64,000 nucleotides of DNA, from contig CM097882.1 in assembly GCA_044892505.1 (NCBI GenBank), positions 239,754,001 through 239,818,000 of the forward strand. The letters run 5' to 3'. Of the stretch, positions 24,880 through 37,151 are shown piece by piece (the stretch's first letter is position 1; every line of letters begins with the position of its first letter). Origin of the DNA: Schmidtea nova (lineage: Eukaryota). The position numbers and the translations under genes were made by a program. The notes under the pieces are model-generated. The model had not been told where the DNA came from, ran no database searches, and was given only the letters and a program-made list of their open reading frames with translations.

Positions 24880-26460
24880 GATTAAAACTTATCACTATCG
24901 TGAAGAATGGGAGCACGATTATTTCTTTATTATAAAAAAAAATTAACACTGCGGCTTATTTTTTAATAATAGTGTTTCATTACTATAAAAAGGAAATTTG
25001 GAACGACATTTCAAAAGAAAGCATGAAATTAATTATCCGCCGAAAAGTGATTTACGAAAAGCTAAAATTAATTTTCACTAAAGAAACAATAAAATCAAAA
25101 TCGGCTACAATTGCTTCTTTACGAGTATGCTATGTTCTTGGTAAAAATAAGAAACCATTTAGTGATGGTGCTATTTAAAAAAATGTATTATTAGAAGCCG
25201 CTGACTCTTTATTGTGACTATAAAAATAAGTCAGAAATAGTTTTTGCGATCAACGATTTACAGTTGGATGAGTCTACTGATGCAGTAGAGATTATTTCTC
25301 AAATGATTATTTTCATTCGAATGGTTTTTAAAGACATTTAGAGTAAAGAAGAAATACTTACAATCATTCCATTAAAAGAAAAAATTCGAGGTGAAGATAT
25401 ATTTATCAGTTTTAAAAACTTATATAAAATTGCTAAATTGACACTCTAAAATTGTTTCAATTACGATGGACGAAGCACCAGCTATGACAGGTTGTCGAAA
25501 TGGTTTAATCGCTCTATGTCGAAATGATGAAGATTTTCCCGATTTCTTGCAATATCATTGTATGATACAACAGCAAGTGCTGTGTGCTTAAGTTTTAAAT
25601 ATGCAAGAAATGATGGATATAGCTTTCAAAATTTCTAATTCAATTCAAGCATAAAGTCTCCAAAGGCGCCTTTTTAAATTACAAATGGAAGAAACTGATG
25701 ACGGTTGACCATCCGAACTGCTCATGCATACTGATGTTAAGTAGTTAAGTCGAGGGAAATTTCTCCAGCGATCTTATCAATGAAATTAAGCAATTTCTTA
25801 GCAAAAGAGGCGATGATTACAACCAATTAAATGACGATATTTGGTTATTAGATTTATCATTTTTAACTGATATAAGAGCTAAATTAAAAGATTTAAATTT
25901 AGAACTGCAGGGTTCTAATAAAACGATTTTTCATATGATCAGTGCTGTAAATGCTTTCAGAGAAAAACTAAATCTGCTTGTATCAAAGATGTAAAATAAA
26001 AATTTATCTAATTTTCCAAACATGTTGGCGCAATTAAAAAGTTCTGTTTCTAATAATAAAGATGAAAATAAATATATCAAAGAAATTTATAACGTTATTG
26101 AAGAATTTGGTAACCGTTTATGAGTTTTCCATTTGATGGCAATATTAAAGGAGAAACAATTGCAGAAAACCTTTCAACTATTTTTGATATGAATAACATT
26201 ACACTTGAAGCAGAAATTATTACTTTACAAAATGATCTTTATATTAAAACAAGAGCTTCCGAAGATAAATTCTGGAAATATTTAGCAGAAGATAAATATG
26301 CGAATCTAAAAAAATGTGCTGAAAATTTATACGCCTGATTTGGTTTGACATATTGGTGCGAATGAGCATTTTAACAAATGAAAATAATAAAGTCGAAATA
26401 CACAACTAATTTAGCAGACGAACATTTAGAATCCTGCTTGAGAAATGGTCTGAGTAACCA
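24880..26460 (+). pseudogene. Decayed hAT transposase (GTF2IRD2/Buster-Spin type)
   Basis: Fragments EEWEHDYFF, KGNLERHF, KKPFSDG, LQLDESTD, QMIIFIRMV, SITMDEAPAMTG, YHCMIQQQ, LSRGKFLQR, FGLTYWCE*AF*QMKIIKSKY, with many stops and frameshifts. Confidence 0.92.
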
Positions 26461-27402
26461 AATTATGTACAAATTATAAACACGATGCAATGTAGAATAG
26501 GTAATTCAAAATTGTACCGTCAGGAAGTTCAAAATGATTTTTTGCTTATTCTTATGTAAGTTACTTAGTTTTAAAAATAAAATAATTGTATTTTTGTATT
26601 TTTCAGTTTCCTTCTCAATAGACGACATTATCATAATCAATAAAAGTAAAAATATATTTTTTTTTAAATATGTAAAGTTTGTGAATGTTTTTAATTATTA
26701 ATATTAATAAATATTATCGATATATGATTTTTATTTTGATTTAATTCAAATAAGTATGTTAGAAATTTAAAAAATTTTGAAATTTGGATCCCTAAATATT
26801 GCCTTCTCCTCTCACTCTTAATTTTAAAAAAAGTAAATGACAGAAGATTTTTACTGCGCGATCTTATAGGAAAATTAGTTGACGCTCATCCGTTTTTTAT
26901 TTTCAATGANNNNNNNNNNNNNNNNNNNNNNNNNNNNNNNNNNNNNNNNNNNNNNNNNNNNNNNNNNNNNNNNNNNNNNNNNNNNNNNNNNNNNNNNNNN
27001 NNNNNNNNNNNNNNNNNNNNNNNNNNNNNNNNNNNNNNNNNNNNNNNNNNNNNNNNNNNAATATTGGGAATTTTATTATTTGTTTTTTTTGTGCATCTCC
27101 TAATGTGACTATTGGAAAATTTAGAAATTTTCATGCTTTTAAACAAAGACTAGATCTTTAAAGAAAAATATTCTGATCTATATTTTTTATGAAAGAATAA
27201 ATGAAAATTTCAGTAATAGAAAATAAGATATCAAAGGTGAACAAAATAAAAGGATACTAATGATATTTGAAAATGCGGCTAAATCCTAGCACTAAATAAA
27301 GGAGAGAATGCGCATGTGTTATTTCCTATACAAATTTATCCCTTCTAAAAAAACAAATTTTTCAACTCTAATTATTTTAACATTTCAAGAAATGCAACTT
27401 GC

Positions 27403-27791
27403 TTTCTTTTTCCATTCTTTGGGAAGGAAATTAGGAGGACAATTATACCTGTTACATCCTCTTAAAGGTTTTGGCTTTTTATTCTCGTCGCACATTTCTT
27501 GATCAACCACTTGCTCACTGGAATGATAGCATTCTACTTCCCTTAACTGAATCCCTTCATAACCACAAGTATAGCTACATTTACTCCAATCTGTGAATTT
27601 CCAGACGTAGCCATTGTCACAATTACCATAATTGCACATTCTCGTTGTCGTTTTTATTTTCGAAAGGTTTTCACATTTTTCCATCGGAATATTTTCAATT
27701 AAATAAACTGTCTTTTTAAAGCAGGCCTGCAATTTCTCCTGGATTCCTTCGCCGCAACTTGTTGAGCATTTGCTCCAAATGTCAATTTCCT
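27403..27791 (-). CDS. ADAMTS-like gene exon (two TSP1 repeats)
   Basis: TTTCTAG acceptor; IWSKCSTSCGEGIQEK...WKFTDWSKCSYTCGYEGIQLREVEC...CNRYNCPP..EWKKK. The 3' boundary assumes a GC donor (AA|GCAAGT) and is uncertain. Confidence 0.88.
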
Positions 27792-29100
27792 CTAGAAATA
27801 CTTTTCCAATTGGACTTCGGAGAAAATTTATTAAATCTCTATCAAAACTTTAATAACAAAATTACCGGTTTCTTATTGACTGACCATTGAGTGCGCACTT
27901 AAAGGTCAAGTAAATTGGCTGGAATTCATAAGTATTACTTACTATAAAAGAAAAGACGATAACGAATGAAATCCCGCCAAATGAAAACATTTAAGATCAA
28001 AATAATTGATCCAGTTGAAGCCTTGAAATGATATTAGAATTTTGATCAGATTTATCAACAAAATAATTACAAAATTACATAAGCTAATCTTTTATACTCA
28101 TCTATTAAATCAAAGCTGAAAATCTGTCAAGCACGCAGATTGTGCTGCACTTTTTTCTATTAAGATTATCACACAAAATTAATGTCAGTTGAAATATCAG
28201 TTAACAAGTTATATGAATGGATTAAATTATTAAATTATTATTTTATTTATATGATTATGTTGAGACAACTTCGTGTGGATAACGAAGTATCAAAATGTCT
28301 TCGTCCAAGGACTTAGATCAAGTCATGATTAAATGATCCAATCAAAGACGAGCAGAAAGAGTAACGGTAAGATATTCAATAGGTAAGGAATATAAGTTGT
28401 TTTACTTGAATCGCCAGATTAAACAACGACGTGGTGTTTGAGAACTTATAATACATGGGTAACACGTTAGAGAATATGTTGAAGGTCTGATAAATTCGGT
28501 AACAAATTTTAAAAATATTTCTGATTAGAAAAAAGGCAAGTTTATACTGCTAGGGCTTGAGAAAGTAACTGTGCCAGGACCGAGCCAATACCCATTGTGT
28601 GTATTATGTAATCATTCTTGTTTACAGATGGAACCATATGGCTTCATTATCACGCAATTGAGGTCAATGTCATTTGTAGTAACTTTCCAATTCAAGGTAA
28701 TATGAAGTCAAAGGTCATTTGAGGTCAAGGGTCATTGCAAAATTGAGATAAAAAGTCAATGTCATTTTTGTTTTAATTTTATTGCTTTAATTTACATTTT
28801 TTACTGTCGTTTTGAATTTTGTTTTAATAAAATAAATATTTTAAATTTTAAGTGATATTTTTAACGTTTTAACACCATTCTGTGTTTTGTTTAGATAAAC
28901 TAAATATTTATACAAACTTAAAGCGATATTGTTGAATTTTAAGATAAATTTCCGCCATTAAAAAATAAAAGTTTTATTAATATTTATTTTTTTATTTATT
29001 TTTTATTATTATTAAGTAGTATTATTTTTAACTATTATTATTATTTATGATTACTATAATTATTTTATAATTTATTAAACTTTTACAATAACAATTTCTT

Positions 29101-30046
29101 TGAAGAAAAAAGACACAAGACTAAGTTCATGTAATTATTTATTAACATAGACAATGAGTGGTGAGAAAAGCTCGCGTTTGTTTTTTTGAAGTGGATACAC
29201 AGTATGCAGATATCGCGCAAGAAGTTTATATAAAATTGTTGGGTATTTGCGATGTTTAGTCGGTGCTGTTAGTCTGACTCCTCGGTGTTCTTTAAATTTG
29301 ATTCAATAAAATAACCCAACACAGAAGAATTTATTTGTAACAATCACACTTTTGACACACTAAGTCTCTTTAAAATTTCACAATAACTTTTATCACTGCT
29401 TCTCCGACTTCGCGTAGGGATAAGTCTCCCCAAGGAAGATCTCCCTTTCTGGTACACTGGAATAATAAATTTGGTTTGGAACTTTTCAAATATCGCTCTT
29501 AACTCCTCACTTGCTGAATTCACTCACTTTTTCTTCGACCATTCTGGCAAACTTTAGTATTTGTCGTTCCCTTTTATACTGTTTCTGGTGATTGGTTTCC
29601 CACTTCGCTGCAACTGTCAAATGGTACTTTACGATTTGACGTTTTAATTTTCCATCTGTCGGTTACTCTCCGGGTCTCCTCCAAAGTTATTTTTCTCAGG
29701 AATTATTACCTGTCATATTGCTTGTCCGGGTTTCCCACACTCTCCGGGTTCTCCATTGTCTCGGGTTTCCCATTTGCTCGGGCTTTCCCTTAGCCAATTA
29801 ATTATTAATTAATATTTTAATATTTTAATTATTTCTTTCTGGGGACCCCCCATTGACTTTGTTTTATTATTTTTGGATTCGTTTCAATATTCGGCATCCA
29901 CCCATACCAATTTCCCCCGCTAATTCTCGGTTTTCGAATTTTACCTAAATTTTAATTAATTTTGAAAATTTTATACTTTATTGATTGTTACTAAGTTTTT
30001 ATGATTTTTATTTTTGTATTTTTCTAATTTTTACCAAACCCCAACA
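29101..30046 (-). repeat. 3' LTR, ~946 bp (TGTTGGGG...CTTCA)
   Basis: Begins TG directly after a PPT. Contains TATATAAA (29225-29232) and AATAAA (29138-29143) and ends CA. The first 62 bp recur at 46852-46913. The left boundary is inferred. Confidence 0.8.
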
Positions 30047-30062
30047 TACCTCTCCCCTTTAA
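30047..30062 (-). other. Polypurine tract
   Basis: Minus strand TTAAAGGGGAGAGGTA immediately before the TG of the LTR. Confidence 0.85.
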
Positions 30063-30149
30063 TTTAGATTCGACCTCGAATCTATGTGTTTATGTACATG
30101 TATAAGTATTATTTGTCCATTTTTTTTTGCAATGCTAATAATAACTCTA

Positions 30150-30169
30150 AAATTAATAATAATAATATC

Positions 30170-30230
<61 letters not shown>

Positions 30231-30357
30231 TAATAATAATATTAATACTAATAATAATACCCTTAACAATATTAACAATAATATCAATAACAATACTAAC
30301 AATACTATCACTAATAATACCGATAATATTAATAACATTAATAATCCTAATAATAAT

Positions 30358-30407
<50 letters not shown>

Positions 30408-30460
30408 CACTAACAATAATGATATTAGAGTATTACCGACGATAATGATAATGATAACTA
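30150..30460. repeat. (AAT)n microsatellite, partly degenerate
   Basis: Long AAT/ACT triplet tract. Confidence 0.95.
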
Positions 30461-30744
30461 TCATCTTATATTTTATATATATAAGTATTTTCTATGTATT
30501 TATTCTGGTATGTAATCTTACAACTGTAACATTGTAGCATGTAACTATAAGTAAATAAAATTTAACCAAAAAAATGTTTTTAATAAACCTCAACCAATTG
30601 CAAAATTTTCATTAATGCCAAAATACATCAAATGAAATATTTCATTACGAATTTCTAAAAATCTTATAAATTTATCTATATAATTATTACTGGGAATATC
30701 CGATACATATTACGGGACCCGGTGAGTTGCCAATTATTTCATGT

Positions 30745-30762
30745 TAATAATAATTAATAATA

Positions 30763-30841
<79 letters not shown>

Positions 30842-30860
30842 TTGATAATAATGATGATAG
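30745..30860. repeat. (AAT)n microsatellite
   Basis: Near-pure AAT tract. Confidence 0.95.
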
Positions 30861-31462
30861 TGGCAATGATAAATGATTTCCCAATTTTATGTCGTGAATT
30901 TATGAAAATAATACTGATGAATTATCAGTGTACTTTATTACGTTACACGCCAGAAGTTGTTTTGACACATCAGTTTGCCACTATTAAATTCCTGATCATT
31001 AATTCACTTCATGCTGATCATAAACAACAAAGTTATAAGCTTGTATGTTTATGAAAATAATAATCAAAATAATAATGATAAATTACGGGTATAATTTATA
31101 TATTATTTTCTTTTTTAAATTCACTGATTTTCGTCATGCTTTTACAGTTTTGATGCCACTGTTTCGGAGCTTACTTTTCACTTGGAACGATTTTATCTCG
31201 AGGGATTAATTTCCTCCTCGGTGAACAACACTCACTCTCCGCGAGACTATTTGAATCAGAACTAGCCATTTATCAAAGCTGTCAAATTTTCTTTATCGAG
31301 AATTAAAGAATATTTATGATAGTTACATATTCCACCTACTAAAAGAAAACTTATTCGGGACTCAGAACTGCTTTCTCTGTGAGGGTATGCCTATTGGAAA
31401 ATTGGCGTTTGTTTTTCTCTCATTCGTCAGCCAGTTTGCCTATATTACCAGGTTCATCATAT

Positions 31463-32061
31463 CATTTCATTATCTTGGTTTTCGAGCAAATCGAACCGGT
31501 GTTTTCATTATTAAACAGAATTTGGATCTATTCTTAAGTAAGATTTTAATACTTTCTTTTTATTATTGCATTTATTATTTTTTTTTTGATTTATAACTTT
31601 AAATTTATTATAATTAATTTTTTTTTGAATTTATAAATTTGAATTTCTTAATAATATGTTTATGTGATCATCTAATTCATTATTTTTCAGTGGCTACTGT
31701 GCTCCAATGTTTCAATGACAATCATACCATTTCATTATCTTGGGTTTCGAGCAAATCGAACCGGTGTTTTCATTATTCAATTAAACAGAATTTGGATCTA
31801 TTCTTAAGTAAGATTTTAATACTTTCTTTTTATTATTGCATTTATTATTTTTTTTTTGATTTATGACTTTTCTTAAGTAAGATTTTAATACTTTCTTTTT
31901 ATTATTGTATTTATTATTTTTTTTTTGATTTATAACTTTAAATTTATTATAATTAATTTTTTTTTGAATTTATAAATTTGAATCTCTTAATAATATGTTT
32001 ATGTGATCATCTAATTCATTATTTTTCAGTGGCTACTGTGCTCCAATGTTTCAATGACAAT
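31463..32061. repeat. Tandem duplication (units 31463-31722 and 31728-32061) with an internal ~65-bp re-duplication
   Basis: Near-identical CATTTCATTATCTTGG...CAATGACAAT blocks. Confidence 0.92.
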
Positions 32062-32245
32062 GTTTCAAAATTCATACAATTGTGTACACAGTCGCTAACT
32101 ACTGTCGCTACGCATCTGACTCGTAAAAGCATAAAACGAATTATTCTTTATTATTACAATAATAATGAATCGGTATGAAATATACGTTGTCAACAATTCT
32201 TTTTGTTTTATTATTATTAAAATAAATTTTAATAGTTGGAATTAC

Positions 32246-34346
32246 GGTGACCGGACAAAACAGAACAAGACAAAACAGAACATGACAAAACAGAACATGA
32301 CAAAACAGAACAAGACAAAACAGAACAAGACAAAACAGAACAAGACAAAACAGAACAATGACAAAACAGAACATGACAAAACAGAACATGACAAAACAGA
32401 ACATGTGGAAAAAAAGTTATATATTATATTACATTATTTTTATTTTACATTATTATTGTACATATTATTAAATTATTATTTTACAACTGGAGGTTGGCCA
32501 TTTTACATTTGCAGCGATTTGAATTACAATCGAATTTACAATTACAGTATTCCCCAATTTTTATAAAAACACTTTTGGAAATATTTAACTTTAAATAATT
32601 TCTATAAATTCTTTATTCTTTCCTAGTGCGATTTTTTCTATAAAATTTAACTGACTTTTATACTTTTTTCTACCTTGTCAGAAAGGAATTGATCCTATAA
32701 GTATCTCTATTGCAGTATAATATTATCATTATAGATTTGTATTTCAAGTGATACAGTTAAATTAAAGCTTTAAAATAAATAATAAAATCATGGAATATTC
32801 AATCACAAATAAAGAAAATAAATGTCTATTGTACCAAGGCTATGAATATACAAAGTATAGGGAAAACCAAGACTGAGTCGTCACCTGGAGATGCAGAATC
32901 TACTTTTCCACGAAATGCTGAGCATTGTTGAAAACACAAGGAGAAAACATCGTTGGAGAGGTCCCTCAACACTGCCATCAATCAAATCCTCAAAAAGCAC
33001 AGGCAAATATTTTAAAGGCTAAGATTAAGAAGGACATAAAAGCAATTGGTGCAACTCCAAGAAATATTCTGGGAAATGCCTTAGCATTAGTAAATAGCGA
33101 TGTTTTGGAACATTTACCAAAGCAATCCTCACTCACAAGAAATCTTGGTAGACATAAGGAAACTTTTTCTTTGCCGAATCCAGCTACAACTGATTTTATT
33201 ATACCAGAGAAATTTCTTGATCTCATTTTATATGATACAGGAACTGATGATCCAGAAAGAATATTGGCAATCGGGAATAATGATATTGCCTCAGAGCTAC
33301 ACAAGGATGTCATTTATGGAGACGGAACATTTGATAAAGCACCTAACATGTTCTATCAGCTGCATACATGGCATGCTAAGATTGGAAATTCATATCCTCC
33401 ATGTATATATTTTCTTTTACAAAAAAAGAATATGAGTACATACAACAGGATGTTTGTAATACTAAAGGAATTGGTGCCCAATATGACACCTCAAAAAATT
33501 CTACTGGATTTTGAAAAAGCATGTATGTCTGCTGCTCAAGCTGCTTTTCCACAAGCAGAAATAAAAGGATGCTACTTTCATCTCAGCCAAAGCTTAATTA
33601 GGAAGATCAACAGTGTTGGATTGAAAGCACTATATGAGTCCGATATTGACATAAAGTTGAAACTGAAGTCGTTAGCTGCACTCTCCTTTGTTCCAATCTT
33701 AGATTTAAAAACTGTCTTTGACGAACTAGCTGCAACATTTCCAGATGAGGATGCCTACAATCAAATATTAGCATATTTCTGCTCAACCTACATTGAAGGA
33801 GTTGCTGGAAGATCACCACTCTTTCCAATAAGAATATGGAACCATTTCGAGGCTGCTGCTGAGCGATCTCCCAAGACAACAAATTGTTGTGAAGGTTTTC
33901 ACAACGCATTAAATTCAATATTTCATTGTAGTCACCCAAGCATATGGAATTTATTAGATGGACTAAGACGAGATATGGCTTGTCAGCGATTAATACTAGC
34001 CAATGCCCAGACAGGTCGCCAAGAAGTGATAAAAAAGAAGTACGAAGCCATTGCTCTCCAAGTGTCAATAGTTGTGCAGGAATACCACGCTCACGAAGAC
34101 AAATTGAGGTATTTACGCAGAATGGCCAACCTCCAGTAATACTTACAACATCAAGATTAGATGTAAAATAATATGTACAATAATAATTTAAAATAAAAAT
34201 AATGTAATATAATATATAACTTTTTTTCCACATGTTCTGTTTTGTCACTGTTCTGTTTTGTCACTGTTCTGTTGTGTCTTGTTCTGTTTTGTCATGTTCT
34301 GTTTTGTCATGTTCTGTTTTGTCTTGTTCTGTTTTGTCATGGAACC
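32246..34346 (+). mobile_element. MULE/Mutator DNA transposon, 2101 bp, with TIRs built of 15-bp tandem repeats
   Basis: GGT...ACC termini; 8-bp TSD GGAATTAC (32238-32245, 34347-34354); ~230-255 bp TIRs with (ACAAAACAGAACATG)n arrays. Confidence 0.95.
32790..34139 (+). pseudogene. MULE transposase (FLYWCH + DDE) with two in-frame stops near the N-terminus
   Basis: The ATG at 32790 is in frame with ORF 32925-34139. LLYQGYEY...TWRC...C...H.H; YGDGTF, ILLDFEKA, KGCYFHLSQ, TTNCCEGFH. TGA codons interrupt the FLYWCH part. Confidence 0.92.
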
Positions 34347-34789
34347 GGAATTACAGTCTACTTCTTTTTAATAGAAGGCATTTTTTTTTAAAATGTATAG
34401 TTTATACAAACGGTATTTATGATGACAAGTGGGTAAAGTAGTGATCTGCTTTCAATATCACAGTGTTGATAAAAGTTAAATGGCAACTACAATTTTTTTG
34501 CTTTGTATGTCAGTGTTTCAATTTAGCAATTGAGCATCAATATTCTCCTGTAGTGTTTTCGATCATCTCATTTATAATTTGTTTCTTTTGGGAAATGAGA
34601 AGTAAAGAGGTATGAACTTAATATTGTATTCCCAATGATAAACACAGTGTGACGGGAACTACAGAACGTAAATGTTTTACTTTATTTATTCAATTATATG
34701 TTTAATGTAAGTTCGATTTAATATTTATTTTACTTAACACTATGCGAAATTTGAAATTTAATAATAATTCGAATGATTGTGTGACGTCG

Positions 34790-34814
34790 TCAACAATAAT
34801 AATAATATTAATAA

Positions 34815-34846
<32 letters not shown>

Positions 34847-34900
34847 CTAACGGCGATAACAACAATAACAATAACAATATTAATAATATAATGACAATAA
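34790..34900. repeat. (AAT/AAC)n degenerate microsatellite
   Basis: Triplet tract. Confidence 0.9.
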
Positions 34901-35279
34901 CAATAGCAATTATTATTATTGCTTCTAACACTATAAAGTATAGTGACTATAGTAATTTATATAATGATGACGTTAATAATACTAATTTCTATAATTAGGA
35001 TGATAATGACACTGATAGTATTTACCTCTAACAACAGACCCTTCCCACTCGTCGTCCAGGGTAGCCAAGCCCCGGCGATTGGGATTGTTTTGTTTGTTAG
35101 TTATTTATTTTATTTTTATCTCTCTTTATAACAATTACTTATTTGCTTTATAAGTTGACTGAAAGTTAAAGCTACTGGGTCTAATTGGTGGGTTGCCATA
35201 AATAAACGAATCCACAATATTTTACGATTATTTATTTTATAAATAAATCATATACAATTTAATAAATTTCAGTTAATCA

Positions 35280-36743
35280 TCAATCCATTCTTATCTCGAT
35301 TCGATTAGATCCATGCTTGTAACGAACAATTGTTTCTTCTCGTTCATAGATAACACCGCTGTATAATATGGTTTTGCTGACTTCAATTGTCGAATCTGCT
35401 TTCCTTCTCAACTCGTTTACTTCTCTAGGCATTGGGCCATATCCTAACGTGGGTTGGAGTTTCACAATGTTCCAGTTTGGTATTGTTTCCAGACTCTCTT
35501 CAACTGGATCTATCAATGTTTCCACTGGATAACTTAGATCAATAATAGGAACTTCGCTCTCTTCCATTACTATGTCTTCATTTGTTAGATCTATTGCTTC
35601 CATAGCCATGTTCTCCGGGATTTGTGCTAACTTTTGCCTATCGGTTCCTTGAGTTAATTTGGATGTGTTGGCATATAAAATTTTGTATTCCTTTAGAGAA
35701 TACTTTCTTGATGGTTGTTTTCTGGGAATCACTATATCGTCAATCCATTGATTCTCTACCCGTTGGTATATCTTCCGTATCGTTTTGACATCCTCCAGCG
35801 CAGAGTGTATCCCAACCTGCGTTTCTTCTCCGCATATTTCCCGTGCTACCGTCTGCAGCTTGAACCACTCTCCTCTTCTGGTTACGTTCATTCTTTGTAG
35901 TATTTGTGCAGCTGCAAGATCCCGTATCCCATACAGTTGATCTACCCATATTCCAAGATACTGTAGTTCGGCGTGTAAATCGTGGCCTATTAATATTTTT
36001 CCCACTGTTAGCCTCTGAATATCCTTCATTTCCGAATATTGATCATGCTGATTTCTGCTGGCTACCTCTGTAATTCCATGGATCTTGGAATTGAAATGGC
36101 CAATTTTTCCTCTTGGGGTCAAATACACGTCTTTAATTATTTTTCCATGGTAATTTATCATCGCAACTGATAAAGGGATCATTCTTTTCGTTTCCGATGT
36201 GGCATATTCCGCGTCCACAAATATTGTTCTGTTCCGAATTTCTTCCATATCCATTTTTTTCCTAATGAATGAGAGTTTCCTTTTTAACATTTCTGCTGAT
36301 ATTTTCATCAACGTTGAATCCTGTTCCTCTGATGGCTGTGCGCTTGGCCTCTCATTTGGCTCGTTTTCTATTCTTGTTTCTAAAACAATGATTGTTTCCT
36401 CATTCGCTGCGCGTATAGGTTTCGCCATGATTTCATTTTGGATCTTCCAGGACGAAAATTTCTTCAATTCCATCCACGGCTGATTCCCGTCCATTATTTC
36501 TACTGTTCCTTTGATAACATGTAGGTAATATTGTTCTTTATTGGATATTCGAACTTCGTCCGCTAACTTCATTCCCATCTTTCGGTGTATTCTGAGTATT
36601 TTAATTTTCATTTTTCGGTCGTCGATTCTGAAATAATTTGGGATTTGTAAGTTGTCTGTAATCTGGAATTTTTGCCCTGCATGGCGTCTTTGCAGCTTTG
36701 CATAGCTGTCTAATGTGGATCTTGTCCATTGAATTTGTTCCAT
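35280..36743 (-). CDS. Retroelement accessory ORF, 487 aa, with REX4/ISG20-like DEDDh 3'-5' exonuclease
   Basis: ExoI FVDAEY (36207-36218), YLTPRGKIGHFNSKIHGIT, ExoII ILIGHDLHAE, IRDLA, ExoIII HSALEDV (35790-35807). Intronless, same strand, ~410 bp downstream of the polyprotein stop. Confidence 0.88.
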   Translation of the reverse strand: MEQIQWTRSTLDSYAKLQRRHAGQKFQITDNLQIPNYFRIDDRKMKIKILRIHRKMGMKLADEVRISNKEQYYLHVIKGTVEIMDGNQPWMELKKFSSWKIQNEIMAKPIRAANEETIIVLETRIENEPNERPSAQPSEEQDSTLMKISAEMLKRKLSFIRKKMDMEEIRNRTIFVDAEYATSETKRMIPLSVAMINYHGKIIKDVYLTPRGKIGHFNSKIHGITEVASRNQHDQYSEMKDIQRLTVGKILIGHDLHAELQYLGIWVDQLYGIRDLAAAQILQRMNVTRRGEWFKLQTVAREICGEETQVGIHSALEDVKTIRKIYQRVENQWIDDIVIPRKQPSRKYSLKEYKILYANTSKLTQGTDRQKLAQIPENMAMEAIDLTNEDIVMEESEVPIIDLSYPVETLIDPVEESLETIPNWNIVKLQPTLGYGPMPREVNELRRKADSTIEVSKTILYSGVIYEREETIVRYKHGSNRIEIRMD

Positions 36744-36748
36744 TCTTA

Positions 36749-36831
36749 CTGAAATATTTATAATTAAAGGTTTATCAATATAAAATTTGAAGCTAGGGTT
36801 AAGATGAAGTGCCCAAAGGGTACTGTCTTAC
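36749..36831 (-). other. Putative 83-nt 5'-UTR intron / splice acceptor for the exonuclease ORF
   Basis: Donor CAG|GTAAG at 36831 and acceptor TATTTCAG ending 5 nt before the ATG. Confidence 0.45.
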
Positions 36832-37151
36832 CTGTAGCTGTATATATATAAATATTAATAAAAAAATTACCAATTTAAAATTTTGAAATCGGATTTATTT
36901 AAAAAATTTTAAGTTTAAAGGATAAGCGCTTCCTTATATGCCCCTTTCAAATTTTCTATAACCTATTTCCTACTTTCCTACTCCCCCTTGTCTTTTAGTG
37001 TTAGCCAATCAAATTTATTCTTCCTTTCTTTCGTCGGAAAAGCAGTTTTACATAAACATTGATGATACTATCACTGAAAACACTGAATAACATGTAAAAA
37101 ATAATACTACTACTACGTTATCAAAATTGCATGCAAATTAATCATGTCTTA

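Noticed and set aside
30086-30464. Poly-N/I/L/Y ORFs (also 34777-34998)
   Set aside because: Translations of (AAT)n microsatellites.
32246-32410. CRISPR-like or protein-repeat interpretation of the 15-bp arrays
   Set aside because: There are no unique spacers. The arrays are mirrored at 34215-34340 as part of the MULE TIRs.
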